DNA of 64,000 bases from positions 294,039 through 358,038 of the IMG/VR virus record IMGVR_UViG_3300017963_000188. One strand, 5' to 3'. Each line of letters begins with the position of its first letter. The stretch's first letter is position 1. Under the pieces are notes generated by a model, which ran no database searches, was not told the origin of the DNA, and worked only from the letters and a program-made list of their open reading frames with translations. The position numbers were made by a program, and so were the translations under genes. Shown here one piece after another: positions 45,958-56,308 of the stretch.

Positions 45958-46538
45958 AATTGAAACATTTAGAACCAGGAATGCTTGTTGCCATTGGGTC
46001 CAGATCTTCAATGCAACTTGGAGAGCTTTCACAGGCATTGGTCTTGGGAGTTGGCTTTGGTATGAAGTATGTCAAGGGCATTCCAATGCTTGAAAAGAAT
46101 TCCAGAGAAATTCTGTTAGCAGCTCCAATCAAAGAGGATACTGAATACCCATTAATTTTGTTGGATCACATCAAAGATGAAGAAGATGATTGGGTGAAGC
46201 TAAGTCGTATCCTTGAAATGCATACGGATCTCAAAAAGTGTGGTATCGTCATAGCTTCTTATCCCATCATATCGGTTCAAATGCCGTGGCTACGATGGAT
46301 GAAAGAAAAGCCAAAGATATTGAAGGACCGAGAACGTGAGCAAAAGGATGCTCTCAAAACCAATGCAGAGAACAAGAAAAGGTATGATGAGGTGCAAGAG
46401 CAATTGTTCAATTTAGGTGTCGATCTGGATGCTCCCGTATCTCATTCAAAACGGTTTACTGTTTCTTTATCTCTAGATCAAGCAGAGAAAGTTCTATATA
46501 TAATTGATAACCTCAAATCCAGGGTATCCTTAAACTAG
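45954..46538 (+). CDS. Hypothetical protein
   Basis: AAGGAG RBS before MKLKHLEP. Confidence 0.55.
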   Translation: MKLKHLEPGMLVAIGSRSSMQLGELSQALVLGVGFGMKYVKGIPMLEKNSREILLAAPIKEDTEYPLILLDHIKDEEDDWVKLSRILEMHTDLKKCGIVIASYPIISVQMPWLRWMKEKPKILKDREREQKDALKTNAENKKRYDEVQEQLFNLGVDLDAPVSHSKRFTVSLSLDQAEKVLYIIDNLKSRVSLN

Positions 46539-46548
46539 GAGGTGTGAA

Positions 46549-47316
46549 ATGGAACTTATCATGGATCGGAAAAATAAAGATGTGGTTCTGTACCAAGGAG
46601 ATAAAGAGTTTTCCTTCCAGATCAATGATCAGGAATCAGCTTTGGGTGCTATTGGCTCTCTTGCTTGCACTTTAGAAGAGGGGGACAGGATAGAAAAGAC
46701 TCATATTGTCCGTAAGGATGGGACAATCAAGCCTCGACTTGTCACTTTTCCTTTCAATGTGTGTAACCCAGAAACCATTGATGCAAGGATTCTATATGAT
46801 CCTGAAGAGGCTGAGAGGCTGAGGTGGGAAGTTGTTAGTCATATCAGGGATGTGATTCGACCTCAGTATGAAAAAGCCTGGGAAGATTTTATGGCTGTCG
46901 AAATCGGTCATTATCAAGTACCAGATGGTACAAATCCCTATAAGTATCAGACCTACTATAGGGTTGAATATGACGATGGTAGCAAAGGGGGCATTTCTTG
47001 GAGGTGGATTAAGAAACGTCCTCGAACAATGCTCAATGAAGAGATTTGCAAAGCATACGTTGATATACAAGATCTTCTAGATCAGTGGCATTCCCATCTC
47101 TACAATTACAATGAAATTGTTAACAGAGCAATTCAGAATGCGATGCCTCATAGATATTGGGAAAAGAGGGATGCTCTTAATGAGCATATGATTGTGTTTG
47201 AGATGAATGGTCGGAAATATTTGTATCTTTGGTCTCGGAAAGGTGGTCTTCCAACTAAGTTCCATTACCCAGGACCGTGGGATGAAGCTGAGGTAGTGGA
47301 AACTGTTACCTTCTAA
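46549..47316 (+). CDS. Hypothetical protein
   Basis: GGAGGTG RBS, 255 aa. Confidence 0.6.
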   Translation: MELIMDRKNKDVVLYQGDKEFSFQINDQESALGAIGSLACTLEEGDRIEKTHIVRKDGTIKPRLVTFPFNVCNPETIDARILYDPEEAERLRWEVVSHIRDVIRPQYEKAWEDFMAVEIGHYQVPDGTNPYKYQTYYRVEYDDGSKGGISWRWIKKRPRTMLNEEICKAYVDIQDLLDQWHSHLYNYNEIVNRAIQNAMPHRYWEKRDALNEHMIVFEMNGRKYLYLWSRKGGLPTKFHYPGPWDEAEVVETVTF

Positions 47317-47690
47317 TCTCTCTGATCAGGTGGTGGTTGCACATTACTTGCTGGGGCTGCTGAGGCTTGAGATCCATTTCCATCAGGTAGCATACTTGAT
47401 AGACCTGTCTTTATTTTCTCTAAGCTGTTACTAGCAAATTTACTAGTGCTGTTGAACAGACCAAAGCTAGCAGCATTAGCTATTGTGAAGTAACACCACC
47501 GCTCAAAAATCTCGATGATTGTTTTGGGGTCTATAACAGCCTTACCTGTTTCGGCCCCTTTCATTACGATATCAAAAGCATCGTAAGCTAGGTATGTGAC
47601 CACAATTTGGATTCCGACCGCAATCAGGAATTTGCGAGTCAAAAATCCCAGGAAAAAACTTCTCCAGGAAAAATCACCGTTCTGATACAT
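47313..47690 (-). CDS. Small two-TM membrane protein, holin-like
   Basis: GGAGG RBS on the minus strand; LTRKFLIAV TM and a second hydrophobic helix. Confidence 0.45.
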   Translation of the reverse strand: MYQNGDFSWRSFFLGFLTRKFLIAVGIQIVVTYLAYDAFDIVMKGAETGKAVIDPKTIIEIFERWCYFTIANAASFGLFNSTSKFASNSLEKIKTGLSSMLPDGNGSQASAAPASNVQPPPDQRD

Positions 47691-47740
47691 GTTGTCCTCC
47701 ACATAAAAGTTGTTCATTAAGGGCTGTTACAAATAGAAAA

Positions 47741-47769
47741 TTTAAAAATTCAGATTTCTTCAGTATAGA
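47741..47769 (+). promoter_or_regulatory. Phage promoter (TTTAAA-N17-TATAGA)
   Basis: Exact motif copy, followed by AGGAGGTG. Confidence 0.7.
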
Positions 47770-47786
47770 AATATAGGAGGTGTGTT

Positions 47787-48272
47787 ATGATTTCATTAAA
47801 GGAGTGTAGTATGTTCAGTGAGCCATTGGAGGAAATAAGTGCTCTTCGAGCCCGTCTAGGAAGGGACCGATTCACTTATGATGAATGGTGTCCAGTCCTT
47901 GCTGATGTTCTCCCAGAAGGAGCTTTTTTCATCTACACGATGCCCAGAGATCAGTTCCTTAGCTGGGAATCTGGTGAAGAAGGAACAAGGACTCCAACAG
48001 ATTGGACTCGATTTGGGATGAGGAAGGGATGCTGGGTCGTAATTGGGACCCCTCTTACCCAATGTCTGTTGTACGACAATGCTGAAATGGAAGTTGTTGT
48101 AAAAGGATCTTGGGATGAGGTGGTTCGGATTGCAGATGAACTTCACGTTCCAGGAGACGAGTCTAAGCACATCAAAAGGGACAGTGAGGGTAACATCACC
48201 AACCCTGAGGTTTTGTTCCAATCAGAGCCATCTCAGGACGATTTACCATCATTTTTGAAGGTGGTTTCTTAG
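47787..48272 (+). CDS. Hypothetical protein
   Basis: Promoter + RBS. Confidence 0.6.
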   Translation: MISLKECSMFSEPLEEISALRARLGRDRFTYDEWCPVLADVLPEGAFFIYTMPRDQFLSWESGEEGTRTPTDWTRFGMRKGCWVVIGTPLTQCLLYDNAEMEVVVKGSWDEVVRIADELHVPGDESKHIKRDSEGNITNPEVLFQSEPSQDDLPSFLKVVS

Positions 48273-48760
48273 CCTTGTTGTCTTTTTTGACGTTCCAGTG
48301 GGGCTCGTTCCTCTAACTGGAAGAGCTGAGAGAAGGCAAGAAGAAGTTGGTTGATTTCATAATAGAGACGATCTACTCTTTGTTCGATGTCTGGATTGGG
48401 CATCTCAACGTCTTTATAGAGATCTTTTTCAAAGATACCATTGACAGCGTTGATATACTCACCAACTTCACCAAGGATTTCTTTATAGGATCGTGCTGAT
48501 ACGATTCGTGACTTGGCCAGCTTTGCAGCTTCTTCAACAACCACAAACTGTTTGTAGAGCTTCTTGATCTTGTCTACAATCTTCTTAACAGGCTGTTTAA
48601 TTGGTGCTGGCAACTCACCTTCATCCAATTCTTTGGTCACAAGGTTATGGCTTTCTTCCATAAGTTCAGTGACCTCTTTCCATGGTCCTTCAAAGTCTTT
48701 TTCGGCACCCATGATTTTATTGGACAGGACTCTTAAAGATCGTGCAGTCTTTGATTTCAT
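48269..48760 (-). CDS. Helical hypothetical protein with basic N-terminal leader
   Basis: 163 aa; MKSKTARSLRVLSNKI leader. Confidence 0.55.
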   Translation of the reverse strand: MKSKTARSLRVLSNKIMGAEKDFEGPWKEVTELMEESHNLVTKELDEGELPAPIKQPVKKIVDKIKKLYKQFVVVEEAAKLAKSRIVSARSYKEILGEVGEYINAVNGIFEKDLYKDVEMPNPDIEQRVDRLYYEINQLLLAFSQLFQLEERAPLERQKRQQG

Positions 48761-48838
48761 TTCAAAACCCCTTATCTATAAATATAGAACCTACATAAAA
48801 AGATATTTATCAAAGTATTATTGTTCAGGAGGATAGGC

Positions 48839-49450
48839 ATGCTCAAAAAGGTCAAAAAATGGTTTGTGGGTGAGAAAAAGGACCAAAAACCAGAGGTCAT
48901 TCAAGAAAATTCAGGACCAAATTTCAAGAGTATGTTGTCCATTGACCAATTGACTGGTCGAGAGGTTTTTACCAAGGTTGAGGTATCAAATGTTCCCTTT
49001 CCAGAGACAGTGAGAGAACTTCCACCTCTCACCTGTGATAGATGTGGTCATGAAATAAAAGACCTGGGGTATGAACATAATAAATGCAAATGGTGTGAAA
49101 AGAACTCGGTTTCTACTCATATCTCCAAACGTATGTTGAAACGTTTAAAGAGATGCGAATTCCTGGATGAAATATCACCTACTGATATGGCTGTGTACCG
49201 ACATATCATGCAAACAGATGATCCTTTTGCAGATGATAAGTTCCCCAAAGCGGTATGGAATGCTCTGTATCATCGTATAGATGAAATTGGGGACCCTTGT
49301 GTAGACAATTTGCGTCTTTGTGATAAAGATGATAAGCTGCAACGTCTTTTCTTCAGAATTGCTCAAGAAGATGGGTGTTGTGGTTCAGAAACTTTTGAGT
49401 TTGAATATCGAGGAAAAACATACCTGTTAGGGTTTAACTACGGACATTGA
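48839..49450 (+). CDS. Hypothetical protein with Zn-finger
   Basis: AGGAGG RBS; CDRCG..CKWC; GCCGS. Confidence 0.55.
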   Translation: MLKKVKKWFVGEKKDQKPEVIQENSGPNFKSMLSIDQLTGREVFTKVEVSNVPFPETVRELPPLTCDRCGHEIKDLGYEHNKCKWCEKNSVSTHISKRMLKRLKRCEFLDEISPTDMAVYRHIMQTDDPFADDKFPKAVWNALYHRIDEIGDPCVDNLRLCDKDDKLQRLFFRIAQEDGCCGSETFEFEYRGKTYLLGFNYGH

Positions 49451-49451
49451 T

Positions 49452-49910
49452 ATGGCAACAAAAATTAAAAATCCATTACTCACCAAAGAGAGAAAATTAC
49501 CTAAATCTGATAGAGCCACTATAAGACGTATGGCTAGATACGGTATATCTCATTGGTCAAATCTGGCAATACCTATTGTCAAGAAGAACCTAGAAACTCT
49601 TGGGATTGGGGGTGAGGGCTTCTGTGACCTTATTCCAAAAAAGAGACTACCTTTTGGAGATGGATGTGTCTTAGGATGTGTGGTCCAAGAGGGTGTGGAA
49701 GTAGCCAAGATAACTTCTGTGTTCTTTTTTCAAAAAGGTCAAGCCACAGCATGGGTAGAATGTTTCTTCAAGGGTCAGTCAGTGGACCAGAAGAAATTTA
49801 TCTTGATGTCTCCGATTCAATTTGAAAGTGAGATACAAGGCATGGCTCGTGCTTTGCAGATTAGTTTGGATATGGATCGTGAAAAACAACAGGAGGAGAG
49901 AGTTGGTTGA
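49452..49910 (+). CDS. Hypothetical protein
   Basis: Operon packing. Confidence 0.5.
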   Translation: MATKIKNPLLTKERKLPKSDRATIRRMARYGISHWSNLAIPIVKKNLETLGIGGEGFCDLIPKKRLPFGDGCVLGCVVQEGVEVAKITSVFFFQKGQATAWVECFFKGQSVDQKKFILMSPIQFESEIQGMARALQISLDMDREKQQEERVG

Positions 49911-50229
49911 GAACTTTTATGACATGTTAGATTGGGAGCCGGGAGAATACGAAATCATAGTGAAGGGTGGGAAGAGAATAAAAGTGTCGGGGGAAATTTG
50001 GGAATCCTGGGGGGTGCATTGGGAAGAATCAGAAGACACACATCGGCTTACCTATATCCCTAATGGACGTATGGTTGGTATTGAAAATGAGAACATATAT
50101 TTTAATTGTGAAAAAGATAAACTCAAAGAATTAGCTACCCGTCTTAACCCATACCTCAAGGGTGGGAAAATACCTTCCAATCCTAGACCTATGAAAAAAG
50201 CGATCCGAGACTTCTATAACTCTCTATAA
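49903..50229 (+). CDS. Hypothetical protein, paralog of the C-terminal domain of 54588-55130
   Basis: AGGAGG + TTG start; WG....L...P.G..VG...LKEL....P....GK.P. Confidence 0.5.
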   Translation: MVENFYDMLDWEPGEYEIIVKGGKRIKVSGEIWESWGVHWEESEDTHRLTYIPNGRMVGIENENIYFNCEKDKLKELATRLNPYLKGGKIPSNPRPMKKAIRDFYNSL

Positions 50230-50281
50230 TTCATTTATATAGATCAGATATAGAGGATTTGAAACATATAGGAGTCTAAAA

Positions 50282-50806
50282 ATGGACCTGAGACAAATAA
50301 CTGAACGTGTAGCAAAGAGGGCTTCAAAGAAATCCAACCGTTTCGAAGCTGGTGGAGCCCCTGAGTTTGAAAAATACATGTCTGAAAATCATCTGATGTC
50401 TGACCAAGAACCTATTGAAGCTTGGATTCCATCAGAAGATCATTTGGATGACAAGGTTTGGGTAGCTATTGTATGGTATGGCTATCCTTCAGCTCATTCT
50501 ATGTCCCTTTCAGATCGACATCCTGATGCAGCTCTTCAAGATGCTGTAGAAGGCATTGAGGATTTCTACAGGGAAGAAATGGAAGAAGCTGAGCGTGAAT
50601 GGTACAAGGATGAGACTGGTCGTGACTTAGATCAGGATTATGCTGAAGATGAAGTTGACGAAGATGTTGCTCAAGAAGCATATGGTGTGGCTCACGAGTT
50701 GATCGATGGACATTATTACACCATGACTAAACGTGAGTTTGCCGAATTAGCTCCAAAATTTCCTGAATATTTGGAAGCTGAGCTTCCTGAGCCAGAAGAA
50801 GACTAG
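50282..50806 (+). CDS. Acidic protein with basic leader; paralog of 63226-63645
   Basis: AGGAG RBS; shared motifs (see findings). Confidence 0.6.
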   Translation: MDLRQITERVAKRASKKSNRFEAGGAPEFEKYMSENHLMSDQEPIEAWIPSEDHLDDKVWVAIVWYGYPSAHSMSLSDRHPDAALQDAVEGIEDFYREEMEEAEREWYKDETGRDLDQDYAEDEVDEDVAQEAYGVAHELIDGHYYTMTKREFAELAPKFPEYLEAELPEPEED

Positions 50807-51051
50807 TTGGTCCAGACCTTTGTACCAAGATACTGTAGCATCACAGCTATGGTGGGTACTATCACAGACCTTCCACAACAAGAGCACTTCATACCAACGT
50901 AGCTCAAAGGGCTTGTGCTACGGTTGTGTACTGTGCAAAGATTCCAATCTGTCACCCCACATTTAGGGCAATCCAATTGAAAGATATCGTGTTGGATGTC
51001 TGCGATTGATTCTACTTGGGAGATTTTAAGATTTTCCCTTGTTAGATCCAT
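50803..51051 (-). CDS. Small zinc-ribbon protein
   Basis: CPKCG...CSCCG; AAGGAG RBS on the minus strand. Confidence 0.55.
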   Translation of the reverse strand: MDLTRENLKISQVESIADIQHDIFQLDCPKCGVTDWNLCTVHNRSTSPLSYVGMKCSCCGRSVIVPTIAVMLQYLGTKVWTN

Positions 51052-51188
51052 TGAGGTTTCTCCTTACGTGATATGTCCATCTATACAGCACCACAAAAGG
51101 TTTAGGTAAATCTTGATTTTCTGACATTTCTGCATAGAATCAATTAACAGTTTGTAATTGAGATTCCCTGAATTATAAGGAGGTTGCA

Positions 51189-51419
51189 ATGGGACCTAGA
51201 GAACAAGATAAAGATTTCTATGATGATGACTTCTATAACGAAAGAGAAAGTTTGTTTGATGCTTATGAGGAAGACCTAGAAGATGATGAGTATGAATATG
51301 ATGACTCAGAGGATCTTAACAGCCCTGAAGAGGATCTAGAGGACCTAAAAGAGGATCTTGAATTTGACGATGACGATGACGATGACTTCGAAGATCTAGA
51401 GGAGTATGAGGAGGAATAA
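51189..51419 (+). CDS. Extremely acidic small protein
   Basis: AGGAGG RBS; mostly Asp/Glu. Confidence 0.55.
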   Translation: MGPREQDKDFYDDDFYNERESLFDAYEEDLEDDEYEYDDSEDLNSPEEDLEDLKEDLEFDDDDDDDFEDLEEYEEE

Positions 51420-51456
51420 AAAATAACCTTCTGGTATTATTGTCAGGAGGTGTCAT

Positions 51457-53469
51457 ATGAATATTCAAGAACTAACTATAGCAAGACTCGAATCTCAAAT
51501 TCTTCATCATAAACAAGCATATTATAGTGGGAGAGCTGAGATCAGTGACAGTGAATATGATGGTTTGGAAGATCATCTCAAAAAACTTAAACCAGATTCT
51601 CCTGTTCTGCAAATTGTTGGGACTCCCTATCTTACTGATAAGAAAATCCCCCATACCACCCCCATGCTCAGTTTAGACAAATGCAAAGATGCCAAGTCTG
51701 TGCTGAAATGGATGGGTGAAGATGGTTGTGTTGTTACTTTCAAGCTAGATGGCAGTTCAGCTTCGTTAGTTTACCAGAATGGAGTATTGAAGGTAGGTAA
51801 AACCCGTGGGGATGGTTCTCATGGAGAAAACATCACAAATCATGTTAGTTTAATGGATATTCCTTTGGCAGTGAAGGAATTTAAAGATCATTCTGAGGTA
51901 GAGGTCCGAGGGGAGATTTGCCTTGCTAAAGAGAGATTTGAACCTCTTTGCATAGAGATGGAGAATCGTAAATTAGATCGTCCTAAGTCGATTCGGAATA
52001 TTGTAGCAGGGCTTCTTCATAGAGAAACAGATATAGATCTTTGTGCTCATCTAGAATTCATTGCATATGAAGTCATTGGTGTTGATGATTTGGTTCCAGT
52101 ATCATTTGACCCACCTTTGTTCAAGAAAACTATCCGTGGATTCTCTACTTCTGGCACATATGTTCCAGCATCTATCGAATATGAGAAACCTGTGCTAGAC
52201 AACCTTTTTGAGATGGACAAAACCTTCTATTTTGATAGGTTAGTTCTGCTTGGAAGGTGTGGGTTCAGAATCCCAGCTCCTTTTGGGGTACCACCAACAC
52301 TTGAAGCAGTAGAGGCTATGATCACCTATTATCAAGATGCTCTAGATCGGTTTGACTACCTCTGTGATGGTCTTGTTTTTGCTATAGATGACATTGAGAC
52401 TCAAGAAAGTAGGGGGTATACAGACCACCATCCCAAGGGGAAGATGGCTTTCAAATTGGCTTCAGAAGTCAAGACAACGGTCGTGAAAGACATTATTGTT
52501 GATGTGGGTAGGACAGGACAACTTTCATTTGTAGGGATTGTAGAGCCAGTAGAGTTGTCTGGAGCTATGGTCGAAAAAGTGACACTACATAATCTCAAAT
52601 ACCTTAAAGACCATCGTATCAATATTGGGGCTAAGATTGAAATCACAAGGTCAGGGGAGGTCATACCAAAGCATGTGAGAACTATCGAGTATGGGACTCA
52701 GGATATAACCTATATCCCCCCAATTGTTTGCCCTATCTGTGACACTCCTTTGAAAAAAACTCGTGTCAATCTGGTTTGCAATAATTCTGTATGTCCTTCC
52801 AAGATGAAGGCTGCTATTCTCCATTGGATTGATGTGTTAAAAATCTATGATATTGGAGACACGACGGTTGAGAAGTTGTGGGATAGAGGTTTGGTAAAGA
52901 CTGTAGAAGACCTTTACAATCTCAACCCTGCTGATTTAGCAGGTATCGACAAGTTAGGTAAGAAGTCAGCTCTCAAAATATTCCAGAATATTCAGAATAC
53001 AAAAACAGTCCATATCGAGAAGTTACTTACAGCTCTTGGTGTGGAAGGTCTTGGTAAGGGTGTTTCAAAGCTCTTGATTCGTAATTTCTCTTCCCTTGAA
53101 GAGATGCAGCAAGCTACTATAGATCAACTCCAGTCTATTGATGGTATTGGATCTGTGATAGCGGAAAATATCGTGAGTGGTCTAAAGACTCATAAAGAGT
53201 TCCTTGCCAAGATGAACTTTGATATCCAATACCCGGACACATCAGCTTCTGAACTTGAAGGGAAAAGTTTTGTCATCACAGGGGCTCTTTCAAAGCCACG
53301 TCCTGAGATACAAGCATGGATTGAGCAGAAGGGTGGGAGAGTTGTTGGTTCAGTGAGTAAGAAGACTTCATATCTGGTGTGTAACCAAGCATCGAATAGT
53401 TCCAAGTATAGGAAAGCAACTGAACTTGGAATTGAAATAATCACTGAAGAACAACTTTATACTATGTAG
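51457..53469 (+). CDS. ligA: NAD-dependent DNA ligase
   Basis: ISDSEYD, PMLSLDK, KLDG, TRGDG..GENIT, EVRGE, DGLV, GRTG, TLHN, SGEVIP, Cys4 Zn finger, HhH, BRCT (GSVSKKT). Confidence 0.95.
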   Translation: MNIQELTIARLESQILHHKQAYYSGRAEISDSEYDGLEDHLKKLKPDSPVLQIVGTPYLTDKKIPHTTPMLSLDKCKDAKSVLKWMGEDGCVVTFKLDGSSASLVYQNGVLKVGKTRGDGSHGENITNHVSLMDIPLAVKEFKDHSEVEVRGEICLAKERFEPLCIEMENRKLDRPKSIRNIVAGLLHRETDIDLCAHLEFIAYEVIGVDDLVPVSFDPPLFKKTIRGFSTSGTYVPASIEYEKPVLDNLFEMDKTFYFDRLVLLGRCGFRIPAPFGVPPTLEAVEAMITYYQDALDRFDYLCDGLVFAIDDIETQESRGYTDHHPKGKMAFKLASEVKTTVVKDIIVDVGRTGQLSFVGIVEPVELSGAMVEKVTLHNLKYLKDHRINIGAKIEITRSGEVIPKHVRTIEYGTQDITYIPPIVCPICDTPLKKTRVNLVCNNSVCPSKMKAAILHWIDVLKIYDIGDTTVEKLWDRGLVKTVEDLYNLNPADLAGIDKLGKKSALKIFQNIQNTKTVHIEKLLTALGVEGLGKGVSKLLIRNFSSLEEMQQATIDQLQSIDGIGSVIAENIVSGLKTHKEFLAKMNFDIQYPDTSASELEGKSFVITGALSKPRPEIQAWIEQKGGRVVGSVSKKTSYLVCNQASNSSKYRKATELGIEIITEEQLYTM

Positions 53470-53475
53470 GAGTCA

Positions 53476-54453
53476 ATGATGGGACTTGAACCAGGAGATT
53501 TAGTTTACATTCAAAACACAAAAGATTACATTCTCACTGATATTGCTTGTGTGATTATGGTTAACAAATCATTGCAAGTAGATGAGAATGACAGAAAAAG
53601 AGCTGAAGAATGGGATTACCACACTAAACTAGATGAGACACAAGTCATTATCAGTCGTTTATATGACCGTGATGGTGAGAAATTCAAAGAGAATGGAATC
53701 CATGAATGGAATCCTAATGTGCAAATAGATAGAATAAAAAGAAGCCAGATCCCTGAAGAAATACAAAATGGTGTAGATTCAAATTGGAGTGATTGTCGAT
53801 TACTACAACGTATTCGATGGCGAATAAAAGGCGAAATGTGGGGGCATTTTGAATCGGTACCAATTGATAGTGTTATGAGAGTAAGAATAGCAGAGGATAC
53901 TGGTACTAGATACATTCTTGATTTGTCACTTGAGCCTTTGTTCACAATGAGGAATGTCATTCAATACCATATGGGATCAATACCAAATCCTGATTTAGAT
54001 GAAGGTGTTATAGGTATGATTTCTGAAGTATTACCTTTAGAGAATTTATGGTGTGTCATACAGGAATTGAAAGATCGTAGTTTTGAAATAGCAACTTTAA
54101 GAAGAAAAGTTAGGGACTTTGAAGCTCAAAAAGCAGTAGATGGAGAACCTCCAAAAAAGATTGTGTTGGATCTTTTGCATTTTCCACCTAATGTGCTGTC
54201 AAAAATGTTGGGGGTACATTCCTGTACTATTAACAGAGCTACGGATATGAACCGTAAGAATACTATGTCCAAGATAGGTTTGGGATTCAAAGTGATTGAA
54301 GGTAGCCGCTGTGTATGTTTAGATGAAATAGAGCGGTACATTAAAGATTTCCCAGGTGACAAAGCATTTGGAAAAGACAAAACAGATCTTTTAGCATCAA
54401 TACAAGAAGAACGAAATACATTGAAATGGGCAAGAGAATATAATCTTGTATAA
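53476..54453 (+). CDS. Hypothetical protein with possible C-terminal HTH
   Basis: 325 aa; LSKMLGVHSCTINR. Confidence 0.55.
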   Translation: MMGLEPGDLVYIQNTKDYILTDIACVIMVNKSLQVDENDRKRAEEWDYHTKLDETQVIISRLYDRDGEKFKENGIHEWNPNVQIDRIKRSQIPEEIQNGVDSNWSDCRLLQRIRWRIKGEMWGHFESVPIDSVMRVRIAEDTGTRYILDLSLEPLFTMRNVIQYHMGSIPNPDLDEGVIGMISEVLPLENLWCVIQELKDRSFEIATLRRKVRDFEAQKAVDGEPPKKIVLDLLHFPPNVLSKMLGVHSCTINRATDMNRKNTMSKIGLGFKVIEGSRCVCLDEIERYIKDFPGDKAFGKDKTDLLASIQEERNTLKWAREYNLV

Positions 54454-54587
54454 ACGAAGTATTGGTTTTCATTAATGCATAAACGACTTCCAGGTCTTTA
54501 CCTTCTCTTCCATATCTCTTATATTCATTGAAAGTGCAGATGCACTAAGGATCTTTATTTAATATATGAGATGTGGAGGTTTTGACT

Positions 54588-55130
54588 ATGGAACTAGAAT
54601 TTAACGGAGAGAAAAAGACAACAAAAGAATGGGCATTGGAAATTGGATTAGCAGAATCAACAATAAGACGAAGGCTCCAAAAGGGATGGGATGTAAAGAA
54701 AGTTCTCACAACACCCCCTCAATCAAAAAATCAACATACACCAAGTAGAATACAATTCAAAAACAGCATAGAGATTAAAGAACCTGGACCTATTGAGCCT
54801 GAAATTGTTAAAGTAGAACCTAAGCATAAATGGTCTGAGAAGCAGTTTAAAGTCATGTGCGGTGTTGATAAACCCCACCTTAGAAAAGTAACTGGTCTGG
54901 CCAATAAGCATTGGGGTATCTATGAAAAACCTTATGGTAGGCGAGCCCTGATACATCTCCCAACAGGGAAGAGAGTTGGGAGAGGTGATTGCTCCCCTTC
55001 AGTTGAACAACTGAAGGAACTGGTAGAGATTATCGACCCTATGTTTGACAATGGTAAACTTCCCCAAGAAACTGAAAAGGTCTATGAGATTACCTATAAA
55101 GTCCAAGATTTCTTCGAAACTCTCAATTAA
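54588..55130 (+). CDS. Protein with N-terminal HTH of the type appended to HNH homing endonucleases
   Basis: LEFNGEKKT.KEWA.EIG....TIRRRL.KGW....LT.P; no HNH core seen. Confidence 0.6.
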   Translation: MELEFNGEKKTTKEWALEIGLAESTIRRRLQKGWDVKKVLTTPPQSKNQHTPSRIQFKNSIEIKEPGPIEPEIVKVEPKHKWSEKQFKVMCGVDKPHLRKVTGLANKHWGIYEKPYGRRALIHLPTGKRVGRGDCSPSVEQLKELVEIIDPMFDNGKLPQETEKVYEITYKVQDFFETLN

Positions 55131-55173
55131 AATTTTATATCTATATAGATATAGATAAATTAGGAGGCAAGCT

Positions 55174-55833
55174 ATGTCTATTATGGATCTACTCGATGAT
55201 TTCGTTCAGATGTCTGCTGAAACTTATGGATATCCAAATCCTCGTGATGCAGAATCTACTGATGAGGTAGAGGCAGAAGCTGAACGATATGAAGCAGCAG
55301 TTGAGGCAGCGTTACTAAAGTATGTCACAACTACTCCATTAACAGGTGAGGGATATGGAGAAGACCCTGAAACTGATGCTTGGGAGTTGCTGGATGAAGA
55401 GGGGCCATATCTCATTTTGATGACCTTGAATGGTACTGGGGTTGGGATTTGGGATGGTCGATGGGACCATTTCTTTGCAGATCCTAAAAGAGAAATCCCT
55501 AAGCTGACACAGTTTCTGAAGCAGGAGCTTAGTAGTTTTGCCGATGATACCGGTGGAGGTTCTTTGAATGAGGCTTTTGCAAATGCTGCTTGGGAAACGG
55601 CAGGCAAGGATTGGGATGAAGCAGCTAATATAGCTTCTGGGAAAGCTATTGATGAAGAAAATTATAAATATATAGCTTTTCTAGAAGAACGTGGTATCAC
55701 ATATTCTGACTACGATGAAGACGAAGTTGCTTGGGAAGAAGATGTCAAAAATTTCTTTGACTCTCTAGCTCAAGATGAAGATCCAGAATTTTGGGACCTA
55801 GTAGAGGAAGATTACGAAAGATCTCTATCATAA
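55174..55833 (+). CDS. Highly acidic hypothetical protein
   Basis: AGGAGG RBS; LTLNG.GVG.WDG-like segment. Confidence 0.6.
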   Translation: MSIMDLLDDFVQMSAETYGYPNPRDAESTDEVEAEAERYEAAVEAALLKYVTTTPLTGEGYGEDPETDAWELLDEEGPYLILMTLNGTGVGIWDGRWDHFFADPKREIPKLTQFLKQELSSFADDTGGGSLNEAFANAAWETAGKDWDEAANIASGKAIDEENYKYIAFLEERGITYSDYDEDEVAWEEDVKNFFDSLAQDEDPEFWDLVEEDYERSLS

Positions 55834-55900
55834 ACCCTATAAATATCTCCTTATCACTCCAAAAAATAAATCCTAGTGTATTATAAGTAGGAGGTGATGC

Positions 55901-56308
55901 ATGGAGATAGAATTCCCTATCGAAGTATCTAGTATCGACACTACCCATCTTGAAGATGCATTAGAATATAAACCTGGATTAGTTTCGGTACGACCTTGTG
56001 CTGAAGAATATCAAGACAAAACATATGTTGGTTTTTTGCTGGGGAGCCTCATTGTGGATGTCACAATTGGGTGGGACCCTGAAACCAAAAAGTTGAGTCT
56101 CTTTCCATATACAAACCCAGCCATTTTCGTTCCTGAGCTAAACAAGATTATCTTTGGGTACGAGTCCTGGTGGGGTAGAATCAAAAATCCTGAAGATTTG
56201 AAAGCAATTACAGATGACGATATCATGAATGTCTGGTATGTTAAGGCATTAATGAAGGAAGCAGAGAAACGTGGTAAAGAAGAAAAAGAAGAAAGTAAAG
56301 AAATATGA
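55901..56308 (+). CDS. Conserved phage hypothetical protein
   Basis: VSVRPC...KTY.G.L...NPAIFVPEL.KIIFG.ESWW. Confidence 0.6.
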   Translation: MEIEFPIEVSSIDTTHLEDALEYKPGLVSVRPCAEEYQDKTYVGFLLGSLIVDVTIGWDPETKKLSLFPYTNPAIFVPELNKIIFGYESWWGRIKNPEDLKAITDDDIMNVWYVKALMKEAEKRGKEEKEESKEI

